Shown piece after piece: positions 38,063 through 48,029 of a stretch of DNA of 64,000 nucleotides. The stretch's first letter is position 1, and each line of letters opens with the position of its first letter. The translations under genes were made by a program, and so were the position numbers. The notes beneath the pieces are model-generated. The model searched no databases. It was not told the DNA's origin and saw only the letters and a list, made by a program, of their open reading frames with translations. This DNA comes from an uncultured Syntrophomonadaceae bacterium (lineage in GTDB: Bacteria; Bacillota; Dethiobacteria; DTU022): assembly GCA_964492615.1 (NCBI GenBank), contig CAZBKZ010000008.1, positions 13,865-77,864 of the forward strand, written 5' to 3'.

Positions 38063-39313
38063 ATGGAATCAAAACCAAGATTAAAGCTGGAAAAGTCGCT
38101 GGCCTTGTTTGAGGAAGCAAAAAAATTGTCTCCGGGCGGGGTTATGGGAATCAGGAGACCTTATAATTTTGTTGAGGGTGAATACCCGATTTACCTCAGT
38201 CATGGACGTGAAGGCCATATTTTTGATGTAGACGGCAACGAATATATAGATATGTTGTGTGCCTATGGACCGATTATCTTAGGCTACAGCGAACCGGAAA
38301 TTAACAGGGCAGTAGTGGAGCAGATGGAAAAGGGCTTTTGCTTTTCCCTGGTTCAACCGATTCAAAATGATTTAATGAAACGTTTGATTAATCTAATCCC
38401 ATCGGCAGAAATGGGACTACTGCTGAAAACAGGCTCCGATGCAACGGGTGTTGCGGTGCGTATTGCAAGGGGTTATAGTGGCAAAGATCTGATTTTGCGC
38501 TGCGGTTACCACGGATGGATGGATTGGTGTGTTGAGGTACCTGGTGGTGTTTCGAAAAAGATTCGTGACCTGACCCTGGATTTTCCTTATGGCGATCTGG
38601 ATGCCCTGGAAGCATTAATCCTTTCAAATAAAGATGATGTTGCCTGTATTATTCTCACGCCGGTTGGTCATCCGCTTGCCGAGCCTGTTGTTGCTCCTCC
38701 CAGGGGTTACCTGGAAGGAGTGCGTGCTCTGGCTGATAAGTATAAAATCATTTTAATTTTTGATGAGATCCGCACCGGTTTCAGGGTTGCAATGGGGGGA
38801 GCTCAGGAGCGTTATGGTGTAGTCCCCGACATGACAACTGTTGGTAAAGCCCTGGCTAATGGCTACGCTATTAGTGCCTGTCTGGGTAAAGCGGAAATAA
38901 TGAAAGTAGCGGAAAAAGAAGTGTTTGTCAGCTCAACTTTTTTCCCCAACAGCCTGGCCATGGTTGCAGCTATGAAATGTCTTGATATCCTTGAACGGGA
39001 AAATGTAATTGAAACTGTCTGGCAGCGTGGTGAGAGATTTCTGAGTGAACTCGGCAAGGCAGTTTCTGCATCAAAAGTGCCGGCAACTGTATCTGGTATT
39101 CCGCCCATGCCATTTTTAACTTTTGACAAAGTAGATAATCTGTACAGTAAGCGGCGTATAGATTTTTACACCGAAACAATCAGGCGCGGTCTCTTTATCC
39201 AACCTTATCACCACTGGTATATTTCATACCGGCATACTGAAGATGATATGGATCAGGCCCTTTGCGCTATTAAAGAAGCCCTGCAAATTGTGGCACAGAG
39301 GTACCCATATTAA
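38063..39313 (+). CDS. Class-III aminotransferase-fold enzyme, glutamate-1-semialdehyde 2,1-aminomutase-like
   Basis: N-terminal KSLALFEEAKKLSPGGV resembles HemL. PLP-lysine region TVGKALANGY. Own promoter and terminator context; start at 38063 after a GGAAGGG RBS. Confidence 0.6.
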   Translation: MESKPRLKLEKSLALFEEAKKLSPGGVMGIRRPYNFVEGEYPIYLSHGREGHIFDVDGNEYIDMLCAYGPIILGYSEPEINRAVVEQMEKGFCFSLVQPIQNDLMKRLINLIPSAEMGLLLKTGSDATGVAVRIARGYSGKDLILRCGYHGWMDWCVEVPGGVSKKIRDLTLDFPYGDLDALEALILSNKDDVACIILTPVGHPLAEPVVAPPRGYLEGVRALADKYKIILIFDEIRTGFRVAMGGAQERYGVVPDMTTVGKALANGYAISACLGKAEIMKVAEKEVFVSSTFFPNSLAMVAAMKCLDILERENVIETVWQRGERFLSELGKAVSASKVPATVSGIPPMPFLTFDKVDNLYSKRRIDFYTETIRRGLFIQPYHHWYISYRHTEDDMDQALCAIKEALQIVAQRYPY

Positions 39314-39358
39314 GTAAAGGAAGGGTGATGAAGTAATAGCAGGAGGATATTACCATGC

Positions 39359-40294
39359 TCAACTGTTTTTGAATAGCGCTCCCTGGTAAGTTCCCCGCTT
39401 TTTAAGTTCACTTTCAACCATGGATGCCAGCTGTCCCGAACTAACAGGCCAGCGAGGAGCTGTCAGCAAAACTTTACTGCTGGCCTGGCTGGCCAGGCGA
39501 TGAATAACACAGGCAGGCGATAACCTTTCCAGACAATCACAGAGCAGATCAATGTAATGTTCGGGTTGATCGAATACTTCGATTGAACCCTCCTCGTAGT
39601 CGGAAGCAAGGGGGGTTCCCCTGATTATCTGGAGATGGTGAAATTTTATTCCGTCTATTTTGCATTTATTCAGGAAATCGATGGTGGCGAGTATCATCTC
39701 TTTTGTTTCGCCGGGAAGGCCTAAGATTATATGCGCACAAATAAAAATTCCCCTGGAGGTTGTCAGCTCCATTGCTTTGGTGAATGCAGCCGAGCCGTGT
39801 CCCCGGTTGATACGTTTTAAGGTTTGATCATGAGCAGACTGCAATCCGTATTCGATCCATGTATGGCAGCGGGCAGCGTACACTTCCAGCAGATCGATAA
39901 TTTCCGCTGAAATACAGTCAGGACGGGTTGCAATACTTAAACCGGCAACCTCATCATCTGACAGCGCTTGATCGTAAAGCACCTTTAACTCTCCCACCGG
40001 GGCATAGGTATTGGTGTAAGCCTGGAAGTAAGCCAGGTAGAGGGCATTCCTGCTCTTTTTCTTGCCTTTCAGTATCTGCTCTCTCACCGAAAGTGTTTTT
40101 TTGCCGCTAAAAGGTGAAAACGATGGGTTGTAGCAATAGCTGCAGCCGCCGGTTCCCACAGTGCCGTCCCTGTTGGGGCAGCTAAAGCCTGCATCAAGAG
40201 GAATTTTATAAACCGGTTTTCCGAATCTTTCTTTAAAAAATTGGCTGAGACGATAATACCAGCCCGGCTGAATTTTATCCCGGTCAGGATTCAT
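39359..40294 (-). CDS. TIGR01212-family radical SAM protein
   Basis: [16 protein letters not shown] radical-SAM cysteine motif near the N-terminus. The start at 40294 (MNPDRDK...) has an AAAGGAA RBS and abuts the mnmG stop. Confidence 0.7.
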   Translation of the reverse strand: MNPDRDKIQPGWYYRLSQFFKERFGKPVYKIPLDAGFSCPNRDGTVGTGGCSYCYNPSFSPFSGKKTLSVREQILKGKKKSRNALYLAYFQAYTNTYAPVGELKVLYDQALSDDEVAGLSIATRPDCISAEIIDLLEVYAARCHTWIEYGLQSAHDQTLKRINRGHGSAAFTKAMELTTSRGIFICAHIILGLPGETKEMILATIDFLNKCKIDGIKFHHLQIIRGTPLASDYEEGSIEVFDQPEHYIDLLCDCLERLSPACVIHRLASQASSKVLLTAPRWPVSSGQLASMVESELKKRGTYQGALFKNS

Positions 40295-42233
40295 TTTTAT
40301 TCCTTTCTTCCGGGGCAAAGTCTTCAACTTTTTCCCTTTGCATAATTTCCGGGCGGTCCAGGTATAGAAGCAGAACTGATATATCGGCCGGGCTGACACC
40401 TTCCATACGGGTTGCCTGTCCCACTGTTGCCGGTCTTATTTTTGCCAACTTCTGTCTCGCTTCGCGGGACAGGTTTACAGCCTGCTCATAGTCGAAGCCT
40501 TCAGGGATTTTTTTCTCATGCATCCGGGCTGTTTTCAGGATCATCTGCTCTTGTTTGGCGATATAGCCGGCATACTTAATCTGGTTTTCAATTTCTTCTA
40601 TGGTGCCGGCAGGCAGGTCAACGGGTAGTTCAATACCTTCCCAGGCCATGTAGTCGAGGTAATTTATTTCAGGCCGCCTGATCAGTTCGAGGGCGCTCAC
40701 CGGGTGCCGCAGGGCAGCAGAGTTATGCTGTTCAAGAAATGATTCTACTTTACTGCCCGGGTTGTGTTTGATTTTTCCAAGGCTTCTTATTTCGTTATCG
40801 ATGAATTCCTTTTTAGCCAGGTGCAGCCTGTAACGCTCTTTATCGAGCAGGCCGATATTAAAACCGATTTCACTTAAACGCAGGTCAGCGTTATCCTGCC
40901 TGAGCAGCAGACGGTGTTCCCCCCGGGAAGTAAAAATGCGGTAAGGTTCTTCAACACCTCTTGTAACAAGGTCATCTATTACAACCCCTATATAGGCTTC
41001 ACTTCTTTTCAGGATCAGCGGTTCTAAATCCTGCAGGTTCTGTGCCGCGTTGATTCCGGCTAGCAGACCCTGGGCGGCTGCTTCTTCGTAACCTGTCGTT
41101 CCGTTAATTTGACCGGCAAAGTATAATCTCTTTACAGCTTTAGTTTCCAATGTTGGTTTAAGTCCGGTCGGGGGTGAGTAATCGTATTCTATGGCATACG
41201 CGGGGCGCATGATTTCTACCTCATCAAGCCCTTCAATAGTACGTAAAAACTGTTGCTGCACATCCGGGGGGAGGCCGGTCGAAATACCCTGCAAATAGAG
41301 TTCATCTGTATCCGCACCTTCAGGTTCAATAAAGATTGGGTGGCGGTTGCGGTCGGCAAAACGGACAATCTTATCTTCGATTGATGGGCAGTAGCGGGGG
41401 CCACGACCCTTGATCAGGCCGCTGTAGATAGGGGCAACGGAAAAGTTGTCGCGAATAACTTTGTGTGTTTCGGCATTGGTATAGGTCATCCAGCAGGGAA
41501 TCTGTTCTTCGGGCAGCTCAGCCCTGGATATTGAAAAACCGGAAATGTTTTTTTCTCCTTCAACATGATTAAGTTTACTGAAGTCAATACTGCGCCGGTA
41601 TACTCTCGGCGGAGTACCTGTTTTGAAACGGTCAATTTCAATGCCCAGTTCCTGAAGGCTTTTAACCAGGTTAAAGGAGGGGGTTAGGTTGCCTGGCGCA
41701 GCAGTGTAGTGGAGATTACCCAGGAAGATTTCCGAGCGAAGGTAAACTCCGCTGCAAATAATTACTGCCCTGCAGTGGTAAATTGCGCCGCTTCGTCCGC
41801 GCACTGCTGTCACAGATCCGTTTTTAACCATGATTTTTTCTGCCATATCTTCCCGGATTACCAGGTTTGGTTCTTTTTCTAATGTCAGACGCATGGTGCG
41901 TTGGTAACCCCAGCGGTCAATCTGGGCTCTTATTGCCTGTACGGCCGGCCCTTTGCCTGTGTTAAGCATTCTTACCTGGAGAAGGTTTTTATCGGCAGCC
42001 CGGCTCATTTCGCCACCCAGGGCATCGATCTCTTTGACCAGGTGCCCTTTACCCGGACCGCCAAGTGAAGGGTTGCAGGCCATGTGAGCTATTGTGTCAA
42101 GGTTAATGGTTAACAGCAGGGTTTTGCAGCCGAGACGAGCTGCTGCCAAAGCTGCTTCGCAGCCGGCGTGTCCGGCTCCGATTACCAGTACATCCTTAAT
42201 GGGTTTTGTTTTGTTATTATTTGGCTGGGTCAT
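40284..42233 (-). CDS. mnmG: tRNA uridine 5-carboxymethylaminomethyl modification enzyme MnmG (GidA)
   Basis: FAD-binding [12 protein letters not shown] and the conserved MnmG core throughout; ~650 aa. Confidence 0.9.
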   Translation of the reverse strand: MTQPNNNKTKPIKDVLVIGAGHAGCEAALAAARLGCKTLLLTINLDTIAHMACNPSLGGPGKGHLVKEIDALGGEMSRAADKNLLQVRMLNTGKGPAVQAIRAQIDRWGYQRTMRLTLEKEPNLVIREDMAEKIMVKNGSVTAVRGRSGAIYHCRAVIICSGVYLRSEIFLGNLHYTAAPGNLTPSFNLVKSLQELGIEIDRFKTGTPPRVYRRSIDFSKLNHVEGEKNISGFSISRAELPEEQIPCWMTYTNAETHKVIRDNFSVAPIYSGLIKGRGPRYCPSIEDKIVRFADRNRHPIFIEPEGADTDELYLQGISTGLPPDVQQQFLRTIEGLDEVEIMRPAYAIEYDYSPPTGLKPTLETKAVKRLYFAGQINGTTGYEEAAAQGLLAGINAAQNLQDLEPLILKRSEAYIGVVIDDLVTRGVEEPYRIFTSRGEHRLLLRQDNADLRLSEIGFNIGLLDKERYRLHLAKKEFIDNEIRSLGKIKHNPGSKVESFLEQHNSAALRHPVSALELIRRPEINYLDYMAWEGIELPVDLPAGTIEEIENQIKYAGYIAKQEQMILKTARMHEKKIPEGFDYEQAVNLSREARQKLAKIRPATVGQATRMEGVSPADISVLLLYLDRPEIMQREKVEDFAPEERNKNES

Positions 42234-42248
42234 GTAATCCACCGCTTT

Positions 42249-43895
42249 TTAATATTCATAACTGCGGGCAATGGGCATTCGCCTGCCCATACCAAAAGAA
42301 CGTGTTGTAACGCGTAGTCCGGGAGCGGCCTGGCGCCTTTTAAATTCGGCCCGGTCAACCATATAAATTACCCTTGCCACTGTTTCCGGTTCATAGCCCT
42401 TTTCTATAATTGCTTGCGCTGACAGGTTCTCTTCAATATAACAGTGCAGAATTGGATCCAGTATATGATAAGGAGGCAGGGAATCTTCATCTTTTTGGTC
42501 AGGACGCAGCTCTGCAGAAGGCGGTTTATTGATTGTTCTAATCGGTATTTGTTCGCTCCGGCAAATGTTGTTAATGTGATTAGCCAGCTCGTAAACCATC
42601 ATTTTGGGCAGATCGGCAATTACAGCCAGTCCACCGGCCATGTCTCCATACATCGTGCAGTAACCGACTGCGAGTTCCGACTTGTTGCCGGTTGTCAGGG
42701 CCAGCAGTCCTTCCCGGTTTGAATAGTGCATGATCAAGTTACCCCTTATACGTGCCTGCAGGTTTTCTTCCGCCAGGTCGCCCAGAGGCCCCATGCCTTG
42801 GTTTAGCTGGTCAATATAAGTGCTGAAGGGGTTGTCGATAGGAACAATGCGGTAAGGCATCCCCAGGTTTTCGGCAAGTCTGACCGCATCTTCAACGCTG
42901 TGTTCGGAAGAGTAAGGAGAAGGAAGCATTATACCTAAAACATTATCGGGGCCGAGAGCATACACTGCCAGGGCAGCAACAACAGCTGAGTCAATGCCGC
43001 CGCTCAAACCCAAAACAACCTTGCTAAAACCGGTTTTATGAACATAATCTTTCAATCCCGTCAGCAGAGCCTGGTAAATGGTATTAATGTTATCATTTGC
43101 TGGTGGCACGGTTTTTCCCGCCGGACTGTTTAGATCATCACTGTCAACGAAAAAAAGTTCTTCTTCAAAAGCGGCAGCACGATAAAGCAGCTCTCCGTTA
43201 CTGTTGTATACCAGGCTGCAGCCGTCAAAAACGAGTTCGTCGTTGCCTCCAACCTGGTTAAGATATATAATGCCACTTTTATACTTGGCAGATAAAAAGG
43301 ATAGAAGGTTTTCTCTAAGCCTGTGTTTGCCTAGATTATATGGAGACGCGGAAAGGTTGATTAGCATGCGGGCATCCTGCTTGAAAAGAAGTTCGACTGG
43401 ATCCAGGTTATGAATCGGATTGGCGAAAAAATCCCGATCATTCCAGATATCTTCGCATATAGTAATTGCTGCCGGGATGCCGTTCAGCATTTCAACCTGA
43501 CGATTGGTGCAGCTTGTGAAATAGCGTTTTTCATCAAACACGTCGTAGTTGGGCAGAAGGGTTTTATGGTGAACTGATTTGACCAGGCCATTTTCAAGGA
43601 CAAAAGCGCTGTTATACAGCTTACTATTTTCATTCTGGAAACTGCCGATTATGATCCCGGGATTTCCCTGGGCGGTTAGCGGAGCGATTTCATTTGAAAC
43701 TATTCTGTTTTCTCTTTCGATGAAGTCGCGGTAAAGCAGTAAATCTTTGGGGGGATAGCCACTAACAGCCATTTCGGTGAAGATAACAAGGTTTGCTTTT
43801 TCTTTCTTAGCTTTCATGTAGACATCTTTGATCCGGGCACAGTTTTTATTTAAGGCACCGATGGTTGGGTTAAGCTGGGCCAGTGCAATGCGCAT
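42249..43895 (-). CDS. nadE: Glutamine-dependent NAD+ synthetase (N-terminal CN-hydrolase domain plus NAD synthetase domain)
   Basis: N-terminal MRIALAQLNP nitrilase-type domain and C-terminal SGGIDS P-loop of NAD synthetase; 548 aa. Confidence 0.85.
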   Translation of the reverse strand: MRIALAQLNPTIGALNKNCARIKDVYMKAKKEKANLVIFTEMAVSGYPPKDLLLYRDFIERENRIVSNEIAPLTAQGNPGIIIGSFQNENSKLYNSAFVLENGLVKSVHHKTLLPNYDVFDEKRYFTSCTNRQVEMLNGIPAAITICEDIWNDRDFFANPIHNLDPVELLFKQDARMLINLSASPYNLGKHRLRENLLSFLSAKYKSGIIYLNQVGGNDELVFDGCSLVYNSNGELLYRAAAFEEELFFVDSDDLNSPAGKTVPPANDNINTIYQALLTGLKDYVHKTGFSKVVLGLSGGIDSAVVAALAVYALGPDNVLGIMLPSPYSSEHSVEDAVRLAENLGMPYRIVPIDNPFSTYIDQLNQGMGPLGDLAEENLQARIRGNLIMHYSNREGLLALTTGNKSELAVGYCTMYGDMAGGLAVIADLPKMMVYELANHINNICRSEQIPIRTINKPPSAELRPDQKDEDSLPPYHILDPILHCYIEENLSAQAIIEKGYEPETVARVIYMVDRAEFKRRQAAPGLRVTTRSFGMGRRMPIARSYEY

Positions 43896-44204
43896 TATTA
43901 CACCCCTTTACAAACAAAGCCCACGGGAATACGACTTTCCCGTGAGCGTTTTTCCCGTTTAAACTCCGGCTTATTCTGGCTGAATTATAAACAAGGCCGG
44001 GTTTAAAGTCAATAGGACCGGAACAATGTGAATTTTTGTCCGTTGATGGTGTCATTTCGTGAGAGCGCTATAAGCCGATATAGTTTTCTTGCCATGGCTG
44101 AGGATTCTTTTTATAATAAAAGTATCCTCCAGGTCGGAGTTTAAAACGCTATATGATATTTTCCGGTTTGGTTAATAATAATTATCAGAAAGTGGGGATT
44201 TTTA

Positions 44205-44414
44205 ATGCTGGAAGTCTATATTAAAGATGGCTGTCCTTATTGTGACAAGCAGGTAGATGTATTGAAAAGAAAAGGAACTGACTTTAAGCTTTATAATGTC
44301 AGCAGAGATATCGATGCCTTGAAAAAAGCTCGTGAAGAATATAAAGCTGATAAAGTTCCGGTGGTTGTTGAAGACGGCGTTTTACAATATACCGGTTTTG
44401 GTGGTGGCGGCTGA
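44205..44414 (+). CDS. Glutaredoxin-like small redox protein (CPYC active site)
   Basis: 69 aa with a YIKDGCPYCDK thioredoxin-fold active site and a Gly-rich C-terminus. Confidence 0.55.
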   Translation: MLEVYIKDGCPYCDKQVDVLKRKGTDFKLYNVSRDIDALKKAREEYKADKVPVVVEDGVLQYTGFGGGG

Positions 44415-44451
44415 GGCATTTAATATCACCGCCGTGTGCGGATTTGGTTGA

Positions 44452-45369
44452 TTAACGGGGATCAAGATGAACCAGTGTATCGCAGAAAAAGCAGGAGCTG
44501 ATATGGTCTTCAACCTGGTGGGCAATTTTATGTGCCTGATCAAGGGAGATGCTGCCGTCTACTTCAATGTGCATTGTTACAACCTTCCACGAACCGTAAT
44601 CATGGATTTCAAGATCGTGAATGTCAATGACACCCCCGACTTCCCGGGCGCTGTTACATATTTTTTGTTTAAGTGTTTGATCAGGAGCTTTCCCCAGCAG
44701 ACGGCTGCATGACTGCCTGGCGATTTTATAACCGGCATAGGCAATAAAGGCGGCAATTGCAAAGCCAAAGTATGCATCAAGGGCAGGAATCCCCAGGTAG
44801 CTTCCGGTTAAAGCAATTAATACAAGTATTGATGAAAGTGAGTCGCTGCGGTGGTGCCATGCATCGGCAGCAAGAGCTTCAGAGTCGATCTTTCGTCCCA
44901 GCACTGCTGAAAAATGGAACATAAATTCTTTTAAAGCTATAGCAAAAAGAACCACTGCAATTGTGAAAAGTCCCGGGCTGGCATAAATATTATTTGTAAC
45001 CCGGTGGTAAGCATTGTAAGCGAAGGCAATACCGGCTGCCAGTAACATTAAGGCTATCAGCAGTCCAGCCAGGTATTCTATGCGCCCGTGGCCGTGAGGG
45101 TGTTCATGATCGGGCTTACGTTTAGCCAGGGAAAACCCGATAAGTACCACCAGTGAAGATAATATGTCGGAAGCGCTGTGTACCGCATCGGCCGTCAGGG
45201 ATACGCTGTTTGTGAGCAGACCGAACAGACCCTTGAGCAGGGTTAAGAAGATGTTACCTGCTATGCTAACCCAGCTTTCTATTAATCCCACGCGGTGTCT
45301 CTCACCGGGATGATGTAGATCCCTGCTGTCAGTAAGTTTGTTTGCCAGGAACGAAGCTAAGTGTTTCAT
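44452..45369 (-). CDS. Cation diffusion facilitator (CDF) family metal efflux transporter
   Basis: Six TM helices, conserved H/D pairs in TM2 and TM5, His-rich cytoplasmic segment DHEHPHGHGR, C-terminal cytoplasmic domain. Confidence 0.75.
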   Translation of the reverse strand: MKHLASFLANKLTDSRDLHHPGERHRVGLIESWVSIAGNIFLTLLKGLFGLLTNSVSLTADAVHSASDILSSLVVLIGFSLAKRKPDHEHPHGHGRIEYLAGLLIALMLLAAGIAFAYNAYHRVTNNIYASPGLFTIAVVLFAIALKEFMFHFSAVLGRKIDSEALAADAWHHRSDSLSSILVLIALTGSYLGIPALDAYFGFAIAAFIAYAGYKIARQSCSRLLGKAPDQTLKQKICNSAREVGGVIDIHDLEIHDYGSWKVVTMHIEVDGSISLDQAHKIAHQVEDHISSCFFCDTLVHLDPR

Positions 45370-45619
45370 TTCACCATTCCCCATATTGTATTCCTACTAT
45401 TATAGCATTATAAAGTTGAAAATCGCATTTTCACTTTTCCTAAAAAAGATAATATGTTTCTAACCAGTTGAGGCATTGCTTGAGCACCGCATTCGGCTGT
45501 AAACGTGATTGTCAATATATAGCTCTGGTAGAAGTTGATATCCTCCTGAATCGATGGGGCAACCTTCTTTGCATCATACAGAGAGATGTGAAATAATTAT
45601 TATTTAGAAATAGTATATC

Positions 45620-45740
45620 CAGCACCGATGGGAGGGTTCCTCCGGCAAGCGGGCCGGATCCATTATAATGATTGGTTTAAATACCCGTATGCTAATCACA
45701 GTCAGGCCCGACCTGCAAGATTAACTGCGGGTTTTTTAGA
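45620..45740 (+). promoter_or_regulatory. Candidate cobalamin riboswitch-like leader (B12-box-like AGTCAGG...GACCTGC at 45700-45716) upstream of the MttB-family gene
   Basis: A 400-nt leader containing AGTCAGGCCCGACCTGC, which fits the B12-box pattern rAGYCMGgAgaCCkGCc. Upstream GC-rich paired elements (GGGAGGG...CCGG...CGGGCCGGATCC) and a downstream T-run (45732-45737) are present. The rest of the Rfam RF00174 core is not clearly recognisable by eye. Confidence 0.3.
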
Positions 45741-45787
45741 TATAAAAGATAAGGAGGTGTGGAGCCTGAATTGAAACAGGCTAAAAG

Positions 45788-47329
45788 ATGAGTAGAACCG
45801 GTATACTGATTAACAAGCCATATAAAAAGCTCAGCAGGGAGCAGGTTGAACTTATTGATCAAACCTCTCTTGAGCTCTTACAAACCCCCGGGATATTATG
45901 CTATCACGAAGAAAGTACCACCCTTTTTGAAAAGGAAGGCGCAAAAATAAAAAAAACCAAAGAAGGTGAACATGATGCCTGGTGGATTAGTATTCCACCC
46001 GGAGTTGTAAAGAGTGCTCTTGAGTCTGCTCCGGCCAGGGTTACCCTGGGTGCCCGCAATCCCGAAAATAGGGTAGTTTTAGACGCAGAAGGAAACAGGG
46101 TCTACTTCGGCACTGGTTCTGAAACTAATTACTGGCTGGAAATCGAGCCGGAGGAATTTACTTCTGATAAAGATGGGGCCAGGAGAACATTTGCGGTTAT
46201 GAAAAAAAGCCGGGGCAGCCTTAACCTGCTCTGCCGATCAGCTCATCTGGCAGAACAGCTGGAAAATCTCGATTTTTTTATCCGCAATGTTAATATTCAG
46301 GATTCTGATATTACAACAGGCAATAAAGACGTCAACGTATTTTTTGCTTCACTTAACCATCTGACTAAACCTGTTATCGGTGGGGTTGCTGATTATGAGC
46401 AGCTGGAAAAAATTGTTAGAATAGCTGAAATAATTGCCGGAGGAAGAGAGCAATTGAGGGAAAATCCCCTGGTTGCATTCATAACCAGCGTTATAAAAAG
46501 CCCGCTGCAGGTTGTTGATGATACCGCAGAAAAGTTAATTGCCATTGCCAGGCTCGGATTGCCTGTTGTTATTTCTACTTCTCCTCAGGGAGGATCAACA
46601 GCGCCTATCGATATGCTGGGTATGGTTGCCCAGGTTAATGCCGAAGCCCTGGCCGGTATAACCATTAATCAGCTTGCCAGTCGCGGCGCACCGGTGATTT
46701 ACGGGGCTGTCCCAGTCAGAGCCAGGATGGATGACTTGCATGACATGTACGGGGTCCCTGAATTCTGTCAATACACTATGGCCTGTGCACAGATGGCCAG
46801 GTATTACGGGGTGCCCTGTTATTCCACGGCAGGGGTTGGCGATGCCAAGGTTCCTGGTATTCAGGCAACAATGGAAAAAATGTACACCCATAGCATGGTT
46901 CCGCTTGCTGCTCCTGACCTGGTGCATTATTCTTTTGGGCTTCTTGACAAGACTCAGACTTATAGTCCGGAACAGGCAGTGCTGGATAATCATCAGATTG
47001 GCATGGTAAAATTTTTGCAAAGAGAACAGGAAGTTAATAGCAATTCAGCAGCTAAAACTAAGAAAATGATAGCTGACGTTATGCACAGCCCATACAGGAT
47101 GTATGCCCGTTATGCCAGGGGGATGCTCAGGCGTGGGGAAATTTTCGCCGGATTTCCTTTTGAAGGGAAATTGGAAGATCAGGACCAGACTTTGCTTAAG
47201 GTGCATGAAAAATTTGCTGAATTGGAAGCGGCTAAACCTAAATACCTGCCGGAAGATACCTGTAAATTAATCTTTAATGAAATATCCGGGCTTCTTCCGC
47301 GGCTTAATCCTTATGGGGAGGTTAAATAA
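45788..47329 (+). CDS. MttB-superfamily methyltransferase lacking pyrrolysine (glycine betaine/quaternary-amine:corrinoid methyltransferase-like, MtgB-type)
   Basis: 513-aa uninterrupted ORF (no in-frame TAG) with MttB-family TIM-barrel sequence features. Directly followed by a corrinoid protein gene. Confidence 0.8.
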   Translation: MSRTGILINKPYKKLSREQVELIDQTSLELLQTPGILCYHEESTTLFEKEGAKIKKTKEGEHDAWWISIPPGVVKSALESAPARVTLGARNPENRVVLDAEGNRVYFGTGSETNYWLEIEPEEFTSDKDGARRTFAVMKKSRGSLNLLCRSAHLAEQLENLDFFIRNVNIQDSDITTGNKDVNVFFASLNHLTKPVIGGVADYEQLEKIVRIAEIIAGGREQLRENPLVAFITSVIKSPLQVVDDTAEKLIAIARLGLPVVISTSPQGGSTAPIDMLGMVAQVNAEALAGITINQLASRGAPVIYGAVPVRARMDDLHDMYGVPEFCQYTMACAQMARYYGVPCYSTAGVGDAKVPGIQATMEKMYTHSMVPLAAPDLVHYSFGLLDKTQTYSPEQAVLDNHQIGMVKFLQREQEVNSNSAAKTKKMIADVMHSPYRMYARYARGMLRRGEIFAGFPFEGKLEDQDQTLLKVHEKFAELEAAKPKYLPEDTCKLIFNEISGLLPRLNPYGEVK

Positions 47330-48028
47330 ATGAGCAGTGATCTGCTTGAATTAATTGTAGAGAATGTTTTACAGGGTCGTCGTAACAGTGATGATGAAGG
47401 CATTGAGGAAGGAGATTTTGGTCAACCAGGGGTTGCTGAGCTGGTTGCCAGGGCCCTTGAAGATGGCATTAATACGGAACAGGTTCTCATAGATGGGCTC
47501 AGCCGTGGGATGCAGATGGTCGGTGACAAGTACGAAAGCGGTGAATACTTTATTCCTGATATGCTCACTGCAGCCGAAGCAGTGGAAGCCGGAATGGCTG
47601 TTCTGGAACCGTACCTGGTCAGCGGAGGTGAAAAGGCCGGCCGGGGTAAAATAGTAATGGCAACGGTTGAAAAAGATCTGCATGATATTGGCAAGAACCT
47701 TGTAACCATAATGCTCAAGGGGGCAGGCTTTAACGTGATTGACCTGGGAATTGATGTGCCGGCTGCCCGAGTGGTTGAGGTAGCTGAGCAGGAAGGCGCT
47801 GCCGTAATCGGTCTTTCGGCTTTACTTAACACTACAATGTCCAACATGAGTGAAGTGGTTAAGCTGCTTGAGGAGAAAGGGCTTCATGACCGCATCAAGG
47901 TATTAATTGGCGGTGCACCCGTATCCGATGATTTTGCAAGGGAAATCGGTGCAGATAGTTATGGCAAAGATGCTTTTGCGGCGATAAAAGAAGCAGAAAA
48001 ACTAATTGTATCCGGAGGGAATGTATAA
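47330..48028 (+). CDS. Cobalamin-binding corrinoid protein (MtbC/MtgC-like)
   Basis: N-terminal B12-binding-2 helical cap plus a Rossmann-like B12-binding domain with DxHxxG (DLHDIGKNLV); 232 aa. Confidence 0.8.
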   Translation: MSSDLLELIVENVLQGRRNSDDEGIEEGDFGQPGVAELVARALEDGINTEQVLIDGLSRGMQMVGDKYESGEYFIPDMLTAAEAVEAGMAVLEPYLVSGGEKAGRGKIVMATVEKDLHDIGKNLVTIMLKGAGFNVIDLGIDVPAARVVEVAEQEGAAVIGLSALLNTTMSNMSEVVKLLEEKGLHDRIKVLIGGAPVSDDFAREIGADSYGKDAFAAIKEAEKLIVSGGNV

Positions 48029-48029
48029 A

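Noticed and set aside
45788-47329. Possible in-frame amber (pyrrolysine) codon in the MttB-family genes
   Set aside because: Both MttB-family ORFs (45788..47329 and 53906..55360) are continuous with no internal TAG. They are therefore non-Pyl members, betaine-type methyltransferases rather than trimethylamine MttB.
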